Source: Gemmatimonadaceae bacterium
GTDB taxonomy: Bacteria; Gemmatimonadota; Gemmatimonadetes; Gemmatimonadales; Gemmatimonadaceae
Reading direction: 5' to 3'
Length of the DNA: 64,000 bases
NCBI GenBank assembly: GCA_051859245.1
Contig: JBHYGA010000006.1
Coordinates: forward strand, 1 to 64,000
This document shows positions 19,214-28,274 of the stretch, one piece after another; positions within the stretch are counted from its first letter, which is position 1, and each line of letters begins with the position of its first letter. The notes under the pieces are model-generated. The model was not told the DNA's origin, made no database searches, and saw nothing but the letters and a program-made list of their open reading frames with translations. The position numbers and the translations under genes were made by a program.

Positions 19214-19624
19214 TTAGTCCAATCGAACATCAAGAGTGTTAATCGGTCCACTCACGACGGATGTGCCGTTTGGACCGGGGATGTAACTCCAGTACAACAC
19301 CTTCGCGACGCGCGACTTGGCGGTGTACCCATCAATCGACGCGTACGGAATCGTGATCGAGCCGCCGGGCACCAGCTTGCTGCAGTTGTTGAGGCACGGT
19401 GGATACAGCGCCACCAGCATCTGCTGCTCATCAATCGCGAGATAGCCGATGGTGAGCTCGGTACCATTACGAATCGTCAACTGCGGCCGTTTCGCGGTGG
19501 CCTGGACCTCGCCCGCCACGATCCCGGTGTTCTGTGGGGGCGGCGCGGAGACGTCAGCCGCGCCCCCCGAGGAGCAGGCGGTAGTGAGGACCAGCGTGAG
19601 CAGGGTGGTGGTGAGAAGGCGCAT
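19214..19624 (-). CDS. Hypothetical lipoprotein
   Basis: 136 aa, lipobox TTAC-SSGG, ends 6 nt before the ECF sigma start. Confidence 0.75.
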   Translation of the reverse strand: MRLLTTTLLTLVLTTACSSGGAADVSAPPPQNTGIVAGEVQATAKRPQLTIRNGTELTIGYLAIDEQQMLVALYPPCLNNCSKLVPGGSITIPYASIDGYTAKSRVAKVLYWSYIPGPNGTSVVSGPINTLDVRLD

Positions 19625-19829
19625 GGGAGTGTGTCTTCCTGAGAATGCGTGACCGTGGGGAATATCGAGACAACTGGCATTACCCGGCGTGGGTCATATG
19701 CATCACGGACGTCGCGAATTCGCCGGACCAGGAGGCCCGTAATCCGACCGAACGCGATAGCTTTTGGCGATACCCCCTGAGGTCGGACACCGCTTTCCGG
19801 GTCCGCTTACCCTTCGCCACCGAGTTTGT

Positions 19830-20273
19830 ATGCGCGCTCGCCTTTTCACCCCGGCCATCTTGCTCAGCGGCGCTGCGCTCCTCGCCGCCTGTCAGCGTTC
19901 GACCCCGAATACGGCCCCCGCCATGGCGGCCGCATCAAGTAGTAGTGCGACGCCATCGCTACCCAATGGAGTCACTCCACAAATGGTGGCCGTCGGCGAC
20001 TCGCTGTTTAACGCCGGTTCGTGTCAGCGCTGTCATGGCAACGGTGGCGTGGGCGGAGAGAACGGTCCGAGCCTCAAGACGGGGAGCTGGCTGCACGCCG
20101 ATGGCTCCTTTGATGCGCTGGTCCGCGTCATTACCGCAGGCGTCCCTCGCGAAGCGCTCAAGGACTCGACCCGCCGGCCGATGCGTGGACGCGGCGGCCC
20201 GATGAATCTGACGGACGAGCAGGTACGCGCGGTGTCAGCGTACGTGTGGACCGTCTCGCGCGAGAAAAAGTGA
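19830..20273 (+). CDS. Monoheme cytochrome c lipoprotein
   Basis: Lipobox LAAC, CQRCHG heme motif, GPSL...W, distal Met (PMRGRG), LTDEQVRAVSAYV. Confidence 0.9.
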   Translation: MRARLFTPAILLSGAALLAACQRSTPNTAPAMAAASSSSATPSLPNGVTPQMVAVGDSLFNAGSCQRCHGNGGVGGENGPSLKTGSWLHADGSFDALVRVITAGVPREALKDSTRRPMRGRGGPMNLTDEQVRAVSAYVWTVSREKK

Positions 20274-20295
20274 GCGGCGCGCAGCTTCGCGACTC

Positions 20296-21879
20296 GTGGT
20301 TGGAGTGACTGTGCGTTCGTTTGCGGAGGACTTACGGCAGGCAACGGCGCTCCTGGAGCGCGTGGCAGCAGACCGATCGTTGCTGGTGGGCGTGTCCGAA
20401 GCGGATCGCGTGCGCTTCCTTGAGCTTGTGGCGCAGGTGTTTCACCCCGACGCCAAGGCGCGCCGTTCCATGGTGAAAGCCACGGTGCGCGAACGAAAGG
20501 CCGCGGCCGCTCGCCGTGACGACGAAGTGCTGCAGGAAACAGGCATTCGTGAGTTGCGCCGTCGCCCGGTGTTTACCACGCCGAACGTGTATCGCCTCGA
20601 GTCTGGCGCGACGGCGACCGAGCGTATCCCCGATGACATCGTCAACGGCGAACGCGAGGCCATCGTGCCGCAGCATTGTTATATCTGCAAAGAGAAGTTC
20701 ACCACGATTCATCACTTCTATGATCAGATGTGTGGCGCGTGTGCGGACTTCAATTTCGCCAAGCGCAGCGAGCTCGCGGATCTAAGTGGCCGAACAGCGC
20801 TGCTGACCGGCGGACGCGTCAAGATCGGTTATCAGGCTGGGCTCAAATTGCTCCGCTGCGGTGCTCGATTGCTGGTGACCACCCGGTTCCCGCGCGACTC
20901 CGCCGAGCGATACGCCGCTGAGCCCGATTTCAATGAGTGGAGTGATCGGCTCGAAGTGTTCGGGCTCGACCTTCGGCATACACCAAGCGTCGAGGCGTTC
21001 TGCAGCGAGTTGCTGCGCACAGAATCGCGACTCGACTACATCATCAACAACGCGTGTCAGACCGTCCGCCGTCCGCCGGCTTTTTATGCGCACATGATGT
21101 CCGCCGAAGCGGCGTCGCTCCATACGCTCTCTCCACAGGCTCGACGCGTCCTTGGCCGCTACGAGACGTGGCGAGAATCGCGGGCGATCGGTGCCGGTGA
21201 CGCAGCGCAAGCGGCGAGTGCGTCCGTTGCGAGCCTCACCGACGCGCGCGGGATCTCGCGCGATCACATCGGACTGACGCACGCCGCCGCGCTTTCTCAG
21301 CTGGCGCTGCTTCCTGAAGACGCTGTGCACGAACCCTCCCTGTTTCCCGCCGGACAGCTGGATCAGGATCTGCAGCAGGTGGATTTACGCGAGCGCAACT
21401 CGTGGCGCCTCCTGATGCACGAGGTGCCGAGTGTGGAGCTGCTCGAGGTCCAACTGGTCAACGCCGTTGCACCGTTTCTCATCAACGCACGTCTCAAACC
21501 CCTGATGTTGCGGCACCCATGTCGGGATATGCACATCGTGAACGTATCTGCGATGGAGGGGCAGTTTTACCGGAACAACAAGACAACACGACATCCGCAC
21601 ACGAACATGGCAAAGGCGGCGCTGAACATGATGACGCGCACCTCAGCGGCGGACTATGTGCAGGACGGTATTCACATGAACAGCGTGGATACCGGTTGGG
21701 TGACGGACGAGGATGTGGCCGAGATTGCGGCCCGAAAAGTTGAGAACCATCGGTTTCATCCACCGCTCGACATTGTGGACGGCGCCGCACGAATTGTAGA
21801 TCCGATTATTTCGGGCGCGCTTACCGGCGAGCACGTCTGGGGCCAGTTTCTGAAAGACTATCGTCCCACGGACTGGTAG
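20296..21879 (+). CDS. SDR family oxidoreductase with N-terminal Cys4 motif
   Basis: CYIC...CGAC, TGGRVKIG, INNA, NVSAMEG, HTNMAKAALNMMT, VDTGWV. Confidence 0.9.
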   Translation: MVGVTVRSFAEDLRQATALLERVAADRSLLVGVSEADRVRFLELVAQVFHPDAKARRSMVKATVRERKAAAARRDDEVLQETGIRELRRRPVFTTPNVYRLESGATATERIPDDIVNGEREAIVPQHCYICKEKFTTIHHFYDQMCGACADFNFAKRSELADLSGRTALLTGGRVKIGYQAGLKLLRCGARLLVTTRFPRDSAERYAAEPDFNEWSDRLEVFGLDLRHTPSVEAFCSELLRTESRLDYIINNACQTVRRPPAFYAHMMSAEAASLHTLSPQARRVLGRYETWRESRAIGAGDAAQAASASVASLTDARGISRDHIGLTHAAALSQLALLPEDAVHEPSLFPAGQLDQDLQQVDLRERNSWRLLMHEVPSVELLEVQLVNAVAPFLINARLKPLMLRHPCRDMHIVNVSAMEGQFYRNNKTTRHPHTNMAKAALNMMTRTSAADYVQDGIHMNSVDTGWVTDEDVAEIAARKVENHRFHPPLDIVDGAARIVDPIISGALTGEHVWGQFLKDYRPTDW

Positions 21880-21914
21880 TCGTCACATGGTGTGAGCCGT
21901 GTTACCACCGCGAC

Positions 21915-21948
21915 CTGACGTCGTGCGCGCACACGCGCACGACGTCAG
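21915..21948. terminator. Hairpin between convergent SDR and phytase genes
   Basis: Perfect 15-bp stem CTGACGTCGTGCGCG-caca-CGCGCACGACGTCAG; no strong U tract. Confidence 0.65.
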
Positions 21949-21955
21949 CAACAAA

Positions 21956-23059
21956 TCACTGCGTGACGCGCAGTTTGTCGATCAGGCGCTGCACATCGCG
22001 CCAATCGTAGTAGTGAAACGCGCCACGGTTTGACATCATCACCAACAGTCCCTCAGGGAATGCAGCACCAACCGCCTGCGACGAGACTTCCAGTCCGTCT
22101 GTTTCACTGGCACGCGTGGGAATAATGGCCAGTAACTCATGCGTGTGTGGTGCTCCTGGCGCCCCTTCACGCGTGTAAATGTGAATACGGTTCGCACCCT
22201 GATCAGACATCACGATGTAACCGGTGTTCGCATCGCGCTCAAAAATCGCGAGTCCTTCGTGATCGTCGATCACGTTGCTGGTGGCGAAGAGCGCCAACTC
22301 CGTATTGCTGCTGTCGGGATCGGCGTAATACTTGCGAACACCCACCCCTTCGTCACTGAAGTAGACGTAGCCGAGCGCGTCGTCCACGGTGATCGCTTCG
22401 ATTTCCTTGCGACCGCTGTACGTGCCGAATTCGCGCACCTTGGTGCCGCGCACCACACCACTCGCGTCGGCCTCCAGTCGGTACTGCCACAGATACGTGC
22501 CGTTCGTTGGCCCCGCTTTACCGCCAACAATCGCGAACGTTGCGCCGTCGCTCGGTCTGCGATAGACGCTCACGCCCATTGGTGCGCGTACCGTGTCGCC
22601 GTCGAACAACAGAATGCCGCCGTTATCGATTGGTCGCATGTCGGGCATTGAAAACACACGCAACATCTGTCGATTCCGTTCCGTTGCCACCGCGATATCG
22701 AGTGTCGCACCGCCCAGTGCCGCGCCTTGCACAACGTCCACATTGTTCATGCGCTGCAGCGGCGACACGCTGCGTGTGCGGTCGATCTTTCCGGCCAGAT
22801 CAAACACGTACACACCACCAGTCGAGTCGCCTTTGTCGGTGCCCAGTACGAGACTCAATGACGAATCCGACGGGTGCAGCCAGAGGGCCGGATCGTCACT
22901 GTCACCGGGGAGTGTATCGGTGATGACAACGGGAGTCAGCGTGTCGGTGGCCAGCGGTACTGCGGACAACGTGACATCTGCTGTTGCCGCTGGCGTGGTG
23001 TCAGCGCCAGAGCAGGCGGTCAGCACGATGGCCGAAAATGCGACGTATCTGCGAAGCAT
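21956..23059 (-). CDS. Beta-propeller phytase (3-phytase), lipoprotein
   Basis: DSDDPALWLHP, GTDK, RMNNVD, EIEAITVDD, DHEGLAIF, SDQG, ETDGLE, FPEGL; lipobox LTAC. Confidence 0.9.
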   Translation of the reverse strand: MLRRYVAFSAIVLTACSGADTTPAATADVTLSAVPLATDTLTPVVITDTLPGDSDDPALWLHPSDSSLSLVLGTDKGDSTGGVYVFDLAGKIDRTRSVSPLQRMNNVDVVQGAALGGATLDIAVATERNRQMLRVFSMPDMRPIDNGGILLFDGDTVRAPMGVSVYRRPSDGATFAIVGGKAGPTNGTYLWQYRLEADASGVVRGTKVREFGTYSGRKEIEAITVDDALGYVYFSDEGVGVRKYYADPDSSNTELALFATSNVIDDHEGLAIFERDANTGYIVMSDQGANRIHIYTREGAPGAPHTHELLAIIPTRASETDGLEVSSQAVGAAFPEGLLVMMSNRGAFHYYDWRDVQRLIDKLRVTQ

Positions 23060-23142
23060 GTGGTGTTTGGGAGAGGGTACGCCCAAAGATTACGTGCGTC
23101 GCTCACTTGGCACAGCGATGTGATGATGCCGTTACAATGCGT

Positions 23143-24363
23143 TCAGCGACCGCCAACGCGCCAACGCACCACAATAAGCGCGCCCGCTGATGCGGCAATC
23201 GCAATCACGGCGCCCATGGCGACACCCGTCCCATTAAACAGCGCGGCCGCGATCGCGCCTGCGATGGCGCCGATCGCGAACTGCACCGTGCCCATGAGGG
23301 CCGACGCACTGCCCGCCGCCTGCGGAAACGGCGCCAGTGCGGCGGACGATGCATTGCCGCCGATAAATCCGAGTCCTGACAACATGAAAAAAATCGGAAC
23401 GGCGACTGCGAACAGTCCGCCCCAGCCCGTCAGTAGCGCGAGCATCAGAGCAAAACCCGACAGCGTGACCATGGCGGCCCCGAAGCGGAGCAGAGCACCG
23501 GGGGAGTGCACGCGGAGCTGTCGCGCATTGATCTGCGCCGCGCCGATCATGCCGGCCGCGTTCGCTCCAAAAAAGATGCCGAACGCTGTTGGCGACACAT
23601 GAAACATCTCCATGTACACAAACGGCGCCCCGCCGATGTACACAAACATGGAGCTCCACAGCAGGCCGGCTCCGATAACAGGCGCGAGAAACCGCGGGTC
23701 GCGTATCAGTGCAGCGTAGGTTGCCACGATCGTGCGCAGTCCCGCTTTTGCTCGGCGTTCCGGGGGCAACGTCTCATCGAGCAGCAGCGCCTGCGCGACC
23801 AGGCACGTGGTGCCCAGCACGGCGAGCGTGACAAAAATTCCGCGCCAGCCGAACATCGTGAGCAGTGTACTGCCGAGCAGTGGCGCCAGAATCGGTGCCA
23901 CGCCCATCACGAGCATCAGCTGCGAAAATATGCGCGCCATTTCACGCGGCTCGAACTTGTCACGCACAACGGCGCGCGTGATCACCATGCCGCTGCATCC
24001 GCCCAGGGCCTGTGCGAAGCGCCAGATAGTCAGGGCGCCGAGCGAGGGCGCGGTGGCGCAGCCAATCGCGGCGATCACATAGAGTGTCATGCCGCCCAGC
24101 AGCGGTGCGCGGCGACCGTACCGATCCGCAAGCGGTCCGTAAATCACCTGACCAACGGCGAGTCCGGCAAAATACATGGACAGCGTTTTCTGCACCGCCG
24201 CCGCGTCGGCACCGAACGCCTGACCGATCGCGGGGAACGCTGGCAGGTACGTGTCGATCGAGAGCGGTCCGAACGCCATCAAGGTGCCAAGCAACAGCAC
24301 AAGCCCAAGCGGCGCGTGCGTTGCGTGCATGTCAGATGGAGCGGGAGCGGCTGGAGCAGACAC
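23143..24363 (-). CDS. Bcr/CflA family MFS drug efflux transporter
   Basis: PLSIDTYLPAFP, GPLADRYGRR, RFAQALGG, RAVVRD, APILAP, ETLP; ~12 TM. Confidence 0.95.
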   Translation of the reverse strand: MSAPAAPAPSDMHATHAPLGLVLLLGTLMAFGPLSIDTYLPAFPAIGQAFGADAAAVQKTLSMYFAGLAVGQVIYGPLADRYGRRAPLLGGMTLYVIAAIGCATAPSLGALTIWRFAQALGGCSGMVITRAVVRDKFEPREMARIFSQLMLVMGVAPILAPLLGSTLLTMFGWRGIFVTLAVLGTTCLVAQALLLDETLPPERRAKAGLRTIVATYAALIRDPRFLAPVIGAGLLWSSMFVYIGGAPFVYMEMFHVSPTAFGIFFGANAAGMIGAAQINARQLRVHSPGALLRFGAAMVTLSGFALMLALLTGWGGLFAVAVPIFFMLSGLGFIGGNASSAALAPFPQAAGSASALMGTVQFAIGAIAGAIAAALFNGTGVAMGAVIAIAASAGALIVVRWRVGGR

Positions 24364-24525
24364 AGAAGAAGAACCTAGTAGAAACCCACGTGAATCCGAA
24401 AACCCGCTCGGTCATTCTGACCGAATACAGGTGCTGATTGTTTGTCCGCAGCATAGCTTGCGTGGCTGGCCCACCCCAGACGTCACGCGCCGTAGGACGG
24501 CGCCGTTCCCCTCAGCCCCGCTTGC

Positions 24526-25896
24526 GTGAGCGCTTCGCTGGTCCTGATCATCGTGGTCGCGACGGCTTACCTCGCGACGCACCTTCTATACGAGTGGTTG
24601 GCGAAACGCCTGCTCATCGTATCGGGAGCGGAGTACCTGGTGCTGGGCATTTTGCTCGGACCACAGGTTTCCGGGGTCATTTCCGTGGAGTCGGCCGAGT
24701 CCTTTGGGCCCATCGTGGTGCTGGGAACCGGTTGGATCGGGCTCACTGTGGGTATGCAGTTCTACCTGCCTCGACTCGTGCGCATTACCGGGCTGACCTT
24801 TCGGCTGGCCGTCGTTGAATCGCTCGTCACGTTAGCCGCCGTGACCGGGGCCATGTGGTGGGCACTTCCGAAACTTGGACTGACGTCCGAGTTCTGGGCG
24901 ATTGTGCCAGCGATTGCGCTTGGCGCGATCGCGGTAGCCTCGACGCCGTCCGGGCTCGATATCGCGCTTCGTGATCGCAAACGTCGCGAGCCGGTGGTGA
25001 ATCAGCTCGAGACGTCGCTCGGCGTGAACGCATTCGTTGCGGTGATGACGGTGGGCATTCTGTTCTCGTGGGTGCACCGCGCGCCCACGAGTGCGTTGCG
25101 GCCGCCCACACCCACCGAGTGGGCGGTGATCACTGTTGGTGTCGGCGTGCTTGGTGGAGCGCTCTTTCATCTGTTCTTGGGCGAAGAGCGCAAAGTGGAT
25201 CGACTTGTTGTGTCGCTCGGCGGCGCGATCATTCTGGCCAGTGGCGCAGCGGCGTATCTGAATGTGTCGCCCGTTCTGGCTACGCTGGTGGTTGGCATTG
25301 TGCTGGTGAACACGAGCCGCGGTCGCACGGAACTGCGTACCGTACTCGCCGAAGCTGAACGTCCGTTCTACTACGTGTTGTTGTTGTTGGCGGGATTGTC
25401 GTGGCGACCGAGTACGTCATTCACCGTGGTGGCGGTGGTGTTGTTGTATCTCGTCACGCGCACGATGTCCAAGGTCTACGCCGCGCGCGCGTCCACCATC
25501 TGGAACAAGGCGACCCCGCAGTTGGGTCGCGACTGGGGCAAAGCGTTGATCGGGCAGGGTCGACTGACGGTGGCGTTGGCGCTCGACTATGCACGGCGTC
25601 CGGAGTTGCCAATTGGTGACGTGGTGTTCACTGCCGCATTGGCTTCGGTTCTGCTCACCGAGTTTGCAGCCGCACGGCTGGTGCGCGCGGCGTTGCTGCC
25701 GATTGTCGAACCGTTGCGTGATCTCGCGCATCGATTGCCGTGGCTGGATCCCGCGGACGAAAACGGTGCGAGCATTACATCGGAGACTGCGGCGGTAAGT
25801 GGTGTCTTCGTGCCACCGCAGAACGAAGGGGCGACCACGCTGTTTGGTCCGGAAGTTGATGCGCCGTCTGACGCATCGAAGAGAGCGCAGCCCTGA
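24526..25896 (+). CDS. Cation:proton antiporter (CPA2-like), first of a pair
   Basis: YLVLGILLGP, ~12 TM, SPVLATLVVG, LIGQGRL. Confidence 0.8.
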   Translation: MSASLVLIIVVATAYLATHLLYEWLAKRLLIVSGAEYLVLGILLGPQVSGVISVESAESFGPIVVLGTGWIGLTVGMQFYLPRLVRITGLTFRLAVVESLVTLAAVTGAMWWALPKLGLTSEFWAIVPAIALGAIAVASTPSGLDIALRDRKRREPVVNQLETSLGVNAFVAVMTVGILFSWVHRAPTSALRPPTPTEWAVITVGVGVLGGALFHLFLGEERKVDRLVVSLGGAIILASGAAAYLNVSPVLATLVVGIVLVNTSRGRTELRTVLAEAERPFYYVLLLLAGLSWRPSTSFTVVAVVLLYLVTRTMSKVYAARASTIWNKATPQLGRDWGKALIGQGRLTVALALDYARRPELPIGDVVFTAALASVLLTEFAAARLVRAALLPIVEPLRDLAHRLPWLDPADENGASITSETAAVSGVFVPPQNEGATTLFGPEVDAPSDASKRAQP

Positions 25897-27197
25897 TGCG
25901 TCGCGTCATCGTGTTGATGCTGCTGTACCTGTTGATGCAGGCGGTGCTTCCACTCGGCGAAGGAACGCCGGCGGCGCTCGTGCTGATGGCGTTCGGCTTT
26001 CTGATTCTTGGCGCGTACAGTGTGGGCGAGTTGGCCACAACGGTTCGGTTGCCAAAGATTGTGGGTTATCTGGTGGCCGGACTCGCCGTTGGTCCCGCGG
26101 CCCTGAACTTCGTGTCAGTGCCGGTGATGGAACAACTCGCGCCGGTGAGCGAGCTGGCGATCGCCTTGATTGCGTTTCTGGCCGGCGCCGAGCTGCAGAT
26201 TGACGAAGTACGCAAGCGCGGCGTGCTGTTGCTCAAGATGATGACCGCCGAACTGTCGGTGTCGTTCATTGGCATTGTGGTTGTACTGGTGTCGTTGCAC
26301 CACTATCTGCCGTTTCTTGATGGCGCACCGTGGGCTGAAGTGATCGGATTTTCCATTTTGTTTGCGTCGGTGGCGGTAGTGCATTCACCTGCGGTCACGA
26401 TGGCGCTGTTGAGTGAAAGCGGCGCCAAGGGCGTGGTTGCACGAACAACGCTTGGTGTAGTGTTGCTCGCCGATGTGGCGGTTGTGCTCACGTTCTCTGG
26501 TGCACTGGCGTTAACACGTATTCTGGCGCCGCCGACCAGTGGCGGGGCGGTCGTGTCGTCGTGGGCCGTGCTGTGGGAGATCGGTGGTGCCGTGCTCGTT
26601 GGTGCAGTGCTTGGCGCCGTGGTCGCATTGTATTTGCGCTTTATCAAGCGCGAGCTTTTTATCTTTGCGATTCTTGTGGCGTTTTTTGGCGCAGAGATCG
26701 CTGGCCTGCTGCACGTGGAAACATTGCTCACCCTGCTCGTCGCCGGATTCGTGGCGGAGAATGCAGGCGGCGGTGAGGGCGAGCATTTGCGACACGCGAT
26801 GGAGCGTGCCGGTGCGCCGGTATTCGTGGTGTTTTTTGCATTGGCAGGTGCGAAGATCAAACCCGAAGCGGTGATTCAACTCTGGCCGCTGGTCATTCCG
26901 ATTGTTGTAGTGCGCGCCGCCGGCATCTGGGCGGGAACACAGCTCGGTGCGTGGTGGGCCAAGGCTGAACCTGCGGCCGCGAAGTACACGTGGATGGGTT
27001 TGATCAGTCAGGCCGGCGTGGCGATCGGGCTGTCGAGCGTGGTGGCCAGTGTGTATCCGGAGCGTGGCGAAGAAATGCGCACGCTCTTTCTGGCGATTAT
27101 TGCGATCAACGAAACGATCGGCCCAATTCTGTTTCGGATTTCGTTGCTGCGATCAGGTGAAGCGAAGCCCGAGTCATTCCGGGGTGGGGGGCACTGA
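25896..27197 (+). CDS. Cation:proton antiporter (CPA2-like), second of a pair
   Basis: LPKIVGYLVAG..VGP, IAFLAGAEL, SPA, LLADV, FFALAGA, GLISQAGVAIGL; TGATG coupling. Confidence 0.9.
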   Translation: MRRVIVLMLLYLLMQAVLPLGEGTPAALVLMAFGFLILGAYSVGELATTVRLPKIVGYLVAGLAVGPAALNFVSVPVMEQLAPVSELAIALIAFLAGAELQIDEVRKRGVLLLKMMTAELSVSFIGIVVVLVSLHHYLPFLDGAPWAEVIGFSILFASVAVVHSPAVTMALLSESGAKGVVARTTLGVVLLADVAVVLTFSGALALTRILAPPTSGGAVVSSWAVLWEIGGAVLVGAVLGAVVALYLRFIKRELFIFAILVAFFGAEIAGLLHVETLLTLLVAGFVAENAGGGEGEHLRHAMERAGAPVFVVFFALAGAKIKPEAVIQLWPLVIPIVVVRAAGIWAGTQLGAWWAKAEPAAAKYTWMGLISQAGVAIGLSSVVASVYPERGEEMRTLFLAIIAINETIGPILFRISLLRSGEAKPESFRGGGH

Positions 27198-27374
27198 CGG
27201 TTGTGTCTTGTCCTCGACGTCGCTGGAGGATTGCCGACGCCCTCGAATCGCGGACAGAAACAACACGCCGAGCGGCAGCATGAGTGTGCGGAGAACGAAA
27301 AAGAGCACGAACGCCAGAAACAGTACGATCGCGCCCTGGGCGAGGAAGTTCGAAAGTGGACTAGCGTCTTCCAT
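27174..27374 (-). CDS. Small hypothetical membrane protein
   Basis: 66 aa with a long hydrophobic stretch; overlaps the convergent antiporter end by 24 nt. Confidence 0.4.
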   Translation of the reverse strand: MEDASPLSNFLAQGAIVLFLAFVLFFVLRTLMLPLGVLFLSAIRGRRQSSSDVEDKTQPSVPPTPE

Positions 27375-27440
27375 GGGGAATTTCAGTGTGGGGCGAGAGT
27401 AACTCTTCGCCAGAAGCGGTCCGCGTGGGGGCTGAGGTGC

Positions 27441-28274
27441 TCATAGAATGCTCTCCTCGAGTTGCTGAAGCGCCAGCAGGGCATCGTCCGCAGTGTCGCA
27501 CGCCGCGAGTGCTGTGCACAAGCCGCGAGCCGCGAGACGTGCACAGTGCACGATCATGGCACGTCGCATCGGATCCTTGAGTGGACCGGCGAGCAGTACG
27601 ACAGTGCGCAGTGGAACGCCGTCGGGTGTGCGGGCGCGTAACGGCGGTCGCAGTGTGAGCAGGACGGCCTGCGGCACGGCACCGGGCCAGCACACAATCG
27701 GCAGCGCTACGCCAGCGCCGATTGCGCTGGGCACGTCTTCTTCGCGGCGCAACAGCTGCGCCGACAGTGAGACGAATGAGAGACCCGCGTCAATCTCGAG
27801 TCGTTGCGTGGCAACGTCGAATGCGTCGTCAAGATCCGCGCATGTCAGATCAAGGACGACACGCGACGGTGACAACAATGAGTGCAGTGTCACACGTTGC
27901 GCGTGCGCGATCGTTGACGAGGGAGTGGACCGCGGCAATGCCGCACGGAGTGCTCGTATCGCCGTGGCGTCGAGCGAACGGTGTGCAATCTCCAGAAAGA
28001 GTGTGGCCGCTTCCGGAACGCGCTCGATGTAGTCGAGCACCAGCGGACTGATGCCCGGCGCCAGATCGAGCAGCAGTTCGGACGGCACTTGAAGCTCGCG
28101 CGCCAACGACTCAAGTCGCGCAACCGTGGGTGTGGCATCGTGACCGTTTTCTACACGGCTGAGATACGCGCCCGACACGTCAATCCGTCGCGCCAGATCC
28201 CGGAGTCCAAGTCCGGAGTCCAGCCGAAGCAACCGGAGGATCGGACCCGGATGTAGCGTCAGCGAACTGCTCAT
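27441..28274 (-). CDS. XRE-family HTH fused to PTS EIIA type-2-like domain
   Basis: LRDLARRIDVSGAYLSRVENG; RE...SAIGAGVALP and TPDGVPLR match the EIIA-2 pattern. Confidence 0.85.
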   Translation of the reverse strand: MSSSLTLHPGPILRLLRLDSGLGLRDLARRIDVSGAYLSRVENGHDATPTVARLESLARELQVPSELLLDLAPGISPLVLDYIERVPEAATLFLEIAHRSLDATAIRALRAALPRSTPSSTIAHAQRVTLHSLLSPSRVVLDLTCADLDDAFDVATQRLEIDAGLSFVSLSAQLLRREEDVPSAIGAGVALPIVCWPGAVPQAVLLTLRPPLRARTPDGVPLRTVVLLAGPLKDPMRRAMIVHCARLAARGLCTALAACDTADDALLALQQLEESIL

